Origin: Thermodesulfobacteriota bacterium | Lineage (GTDB): Bacteria > Desulfobacterota > UBA8473 | Direction: 5' to 3' | Assembly (NCBI GenBank): GCA_034190725.1 | Contig: JAXHSZ010000068.1 | Location: 1-33,397, forward strand | DNA length: 33,397 nt | Part shown: piece by piece, positions 32,328 through 33,397 of the stretch | How positions within the stretch are numbered: the first letter of the stretch is position 1 | How the letters are laid out: each line of letters starts with the position of its first letter | Translations under genes and position numbers: made by a program | The notes under the pieces: model-generated | Seen by the model: the letters and a program-made list of their open reading frames with translations, nothing else | Told to the model about the DNA's origin: nothing | The model's database searches: none

Positions 32328-32720
32328 TTAATGTTCCCACACATCTCTCAATTTATTGGCAGCCTCTGCCACTTTCAGGCGGAGAAAACCCAGAGAGATA
32401 TCTTTCCCGAATAGGATGATCAGAAGAAAATCACCATTCACCTTGCTGAAATGCATACTTTTCTCTTGCCCTTTGTGAAAGAGCAGTGAAAACTCGTCTT
32501 CTCCAATGATGTTTGCCATGGCATTCACAGCACCGAAATTACCTGCACCCAATGCTGCTAAAGAATACACATCATGATCGCTCTCTCCATTGTCGCATCT
32601 TGCAATAATATTGCCTGCCATATCAATAAAAATGACGGAGTTGGCACCAACTTCGATCAGGTCCTCTGCCAGAATGGTCTCAATCCTATCAAGTTGTTCA
32701 GGGGTAAAACTGTATTCCAT
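32328..32720 (-). CDS. mglB: MglB-type Roadblock/LC7 protein (cognate GAP of MglA)
   Basis: The Robl_LC7 pattern is GANSVIFIDMAGNIIA...SLAALGAGNFGAVNAMANIIGEDEFSLLFHKG...FLLIILFG. It sits directly upstream of mglA, as in the classical mglBA operon. The SD GAGGTGA lies upstream. Confidence 0.85.
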   Translation of the reverse strand: MEYSFTPEQLDRIETILAEDLIEVGANSVIFIDMAGNIIARCDNGESDHDVYSLAALGAGNFGAVNAMANIIGEDEFSLLFHKGQEKSMHFSKVNGDFLLIILFGKDISLGFLRLKVAEAANKLRDVWEH

Positions 32721-32739
32721 TGGTTCACCTCACTCAAAG

Positions 32740-32756
32740 CTCAAGGAACGTGCCAA
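32740..32756 (-). promoter_or_regulatory. sigma54-like -24/-12 element upstream of mglB (candidate only)
   Basis: The minus strand reads TTGGCACGTTCCTTGAG. TGGCACG is perfect, the spacing is correct, and the -12 element is TTGA instead of TTGC. It ends about 20 nt before the mglB ATG. Confidence 0.3.
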
Positions 32757-33397
32757 CGAAATGGCTGCCCTCATTAATGTTGACTATCAGAGTATTTTCC
32801 ATTATGTGTCCAACCATACCCTTTCCTCTGTACTTCTTCTCTACATAGTACCCATCTGTCGTTTTCTTTTCGTTGTCTTTAAAATTCCCTTACCTTATCT
32901 CAAATGAAAAAGGATGAGTTCTATCGAATAATTGTGTACAAATTAACTTTTTATAGCTCTCATTTCATTATCTCATGTCCTTCTTCTGCTCTCCATAAAT
33001 ACCATTATGAAAAACTCTCTGATTAAAGAGAAATAATGCGCAGTTGAAAGAAACAGCTCATAAAAAATTTTTACAACATACGCTGTTTTACTAATAAAAA
33101 GGCTAATAAAACGATTTGTGAAAATATCAGGCAAAGATTCATTCTGAGAATTTTATTTCTTACCATAAAAATGTCATGTATTATTTCATCCACATCCAGT
33201 AATTCTCTTCTCTATCAGATGATCCCTTTTCACTGAGGGTTATTAAAACTCTTTTTCAATCAAATGCTGTCATAGTTATGGAAGGGATATTGTAGAAATT
33301 GAGACATATAGTATCCAAAGTCCTTGAATGTCAGTCTCTTCATAAGCAATAAGTGTGCCATGAATGACAGGAAACTGTTTCTGACTCTGGCAGTATA

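Noticed and set aside
32574-32907. Plus-strand ORFs 32574-32777 and 32590-32907
   Set aside because: They overlap mglB antisense and its promoter region, and they have no motifs.
1-33397. Looked for CRISPR arrays, tRNA, rRNA, tmRNA or RNase P-like genes and for integrase or transposase genes
   Set aside because: I saw no regularly spaced direct repeats, no cloverleaf-like or rRNA-like conserved stretches, and no recombinase-like ORF. The only mobile-looking item is the non-autonomous hairpin element at 2975-3153.

Overview
AT-rich bacterial chromosomal window with no rRNA, tRNA or CRISPR array that I can see. Gene content (glycyl-radical enzymes, B12 mutase, MglA/MglB, DUF4388 proteins, MJ0042-type zinc ribbon) suggests an anaerobic Desulfobacterota/Myxococcota-like organism; this is inference only. 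There are three blocks. (i) 1-4100 is an ORF-poor flank with one small hypothetical gene, a lipoprotein gene whose signal peptide is out of frame with its body, and a 1.3-kb repeat-laden spacer holding a 179-bp MITE-like hairpin element with a 5-bp target-site duplication. (ii) 4030-13650 is one plus-strand operon closed by a strong intrinsic terminator. Its order is promoter/operator, tetR, two tandem glycyl-radical-enzyme (GRE) paralogues with different Cys loops, a divergent B12-mutase large subunit, a B12-binding small subunit, a decayed SBP remnant and an intact orphan SBP. No GRE activase, CoA ligase/transferase or ABC permease lies in the window. An independent alpha/beta hydrolase gene follows. 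(iii) 15655-32720 is a ~17-kb signalling/motor island. It holds an ExeA/MshM-like AAA+, a TPR protein, PilT and a T2SSE_N/pseudo-REC/REC(D->E)/DUF4388 protein. It also holds a PilB/GspE-like ATPase with a TPR-like plus polyacidic N-terminus and a His-box H->N change, and two Roadblock proteins. The remaining genes are a REC-DUF4388 regulator, two small DUF4388-like proteins, a zinc-ribbon/Cache/HAMP sensor without output domain, a wHTH-like protein, a 787-aa hyperacidic repeat protein and MglA. No pilus structural genes and no Che kinase are present. I consider block (iii) the best candidate for an undescribed system, an MglAB-linked, DUF4388-rich control module for type-IV-pilus-family ATPases. 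The GRE/B12-mutase operon is the second candidate. All domain calls come from reading motifs by eye; no searches were run.
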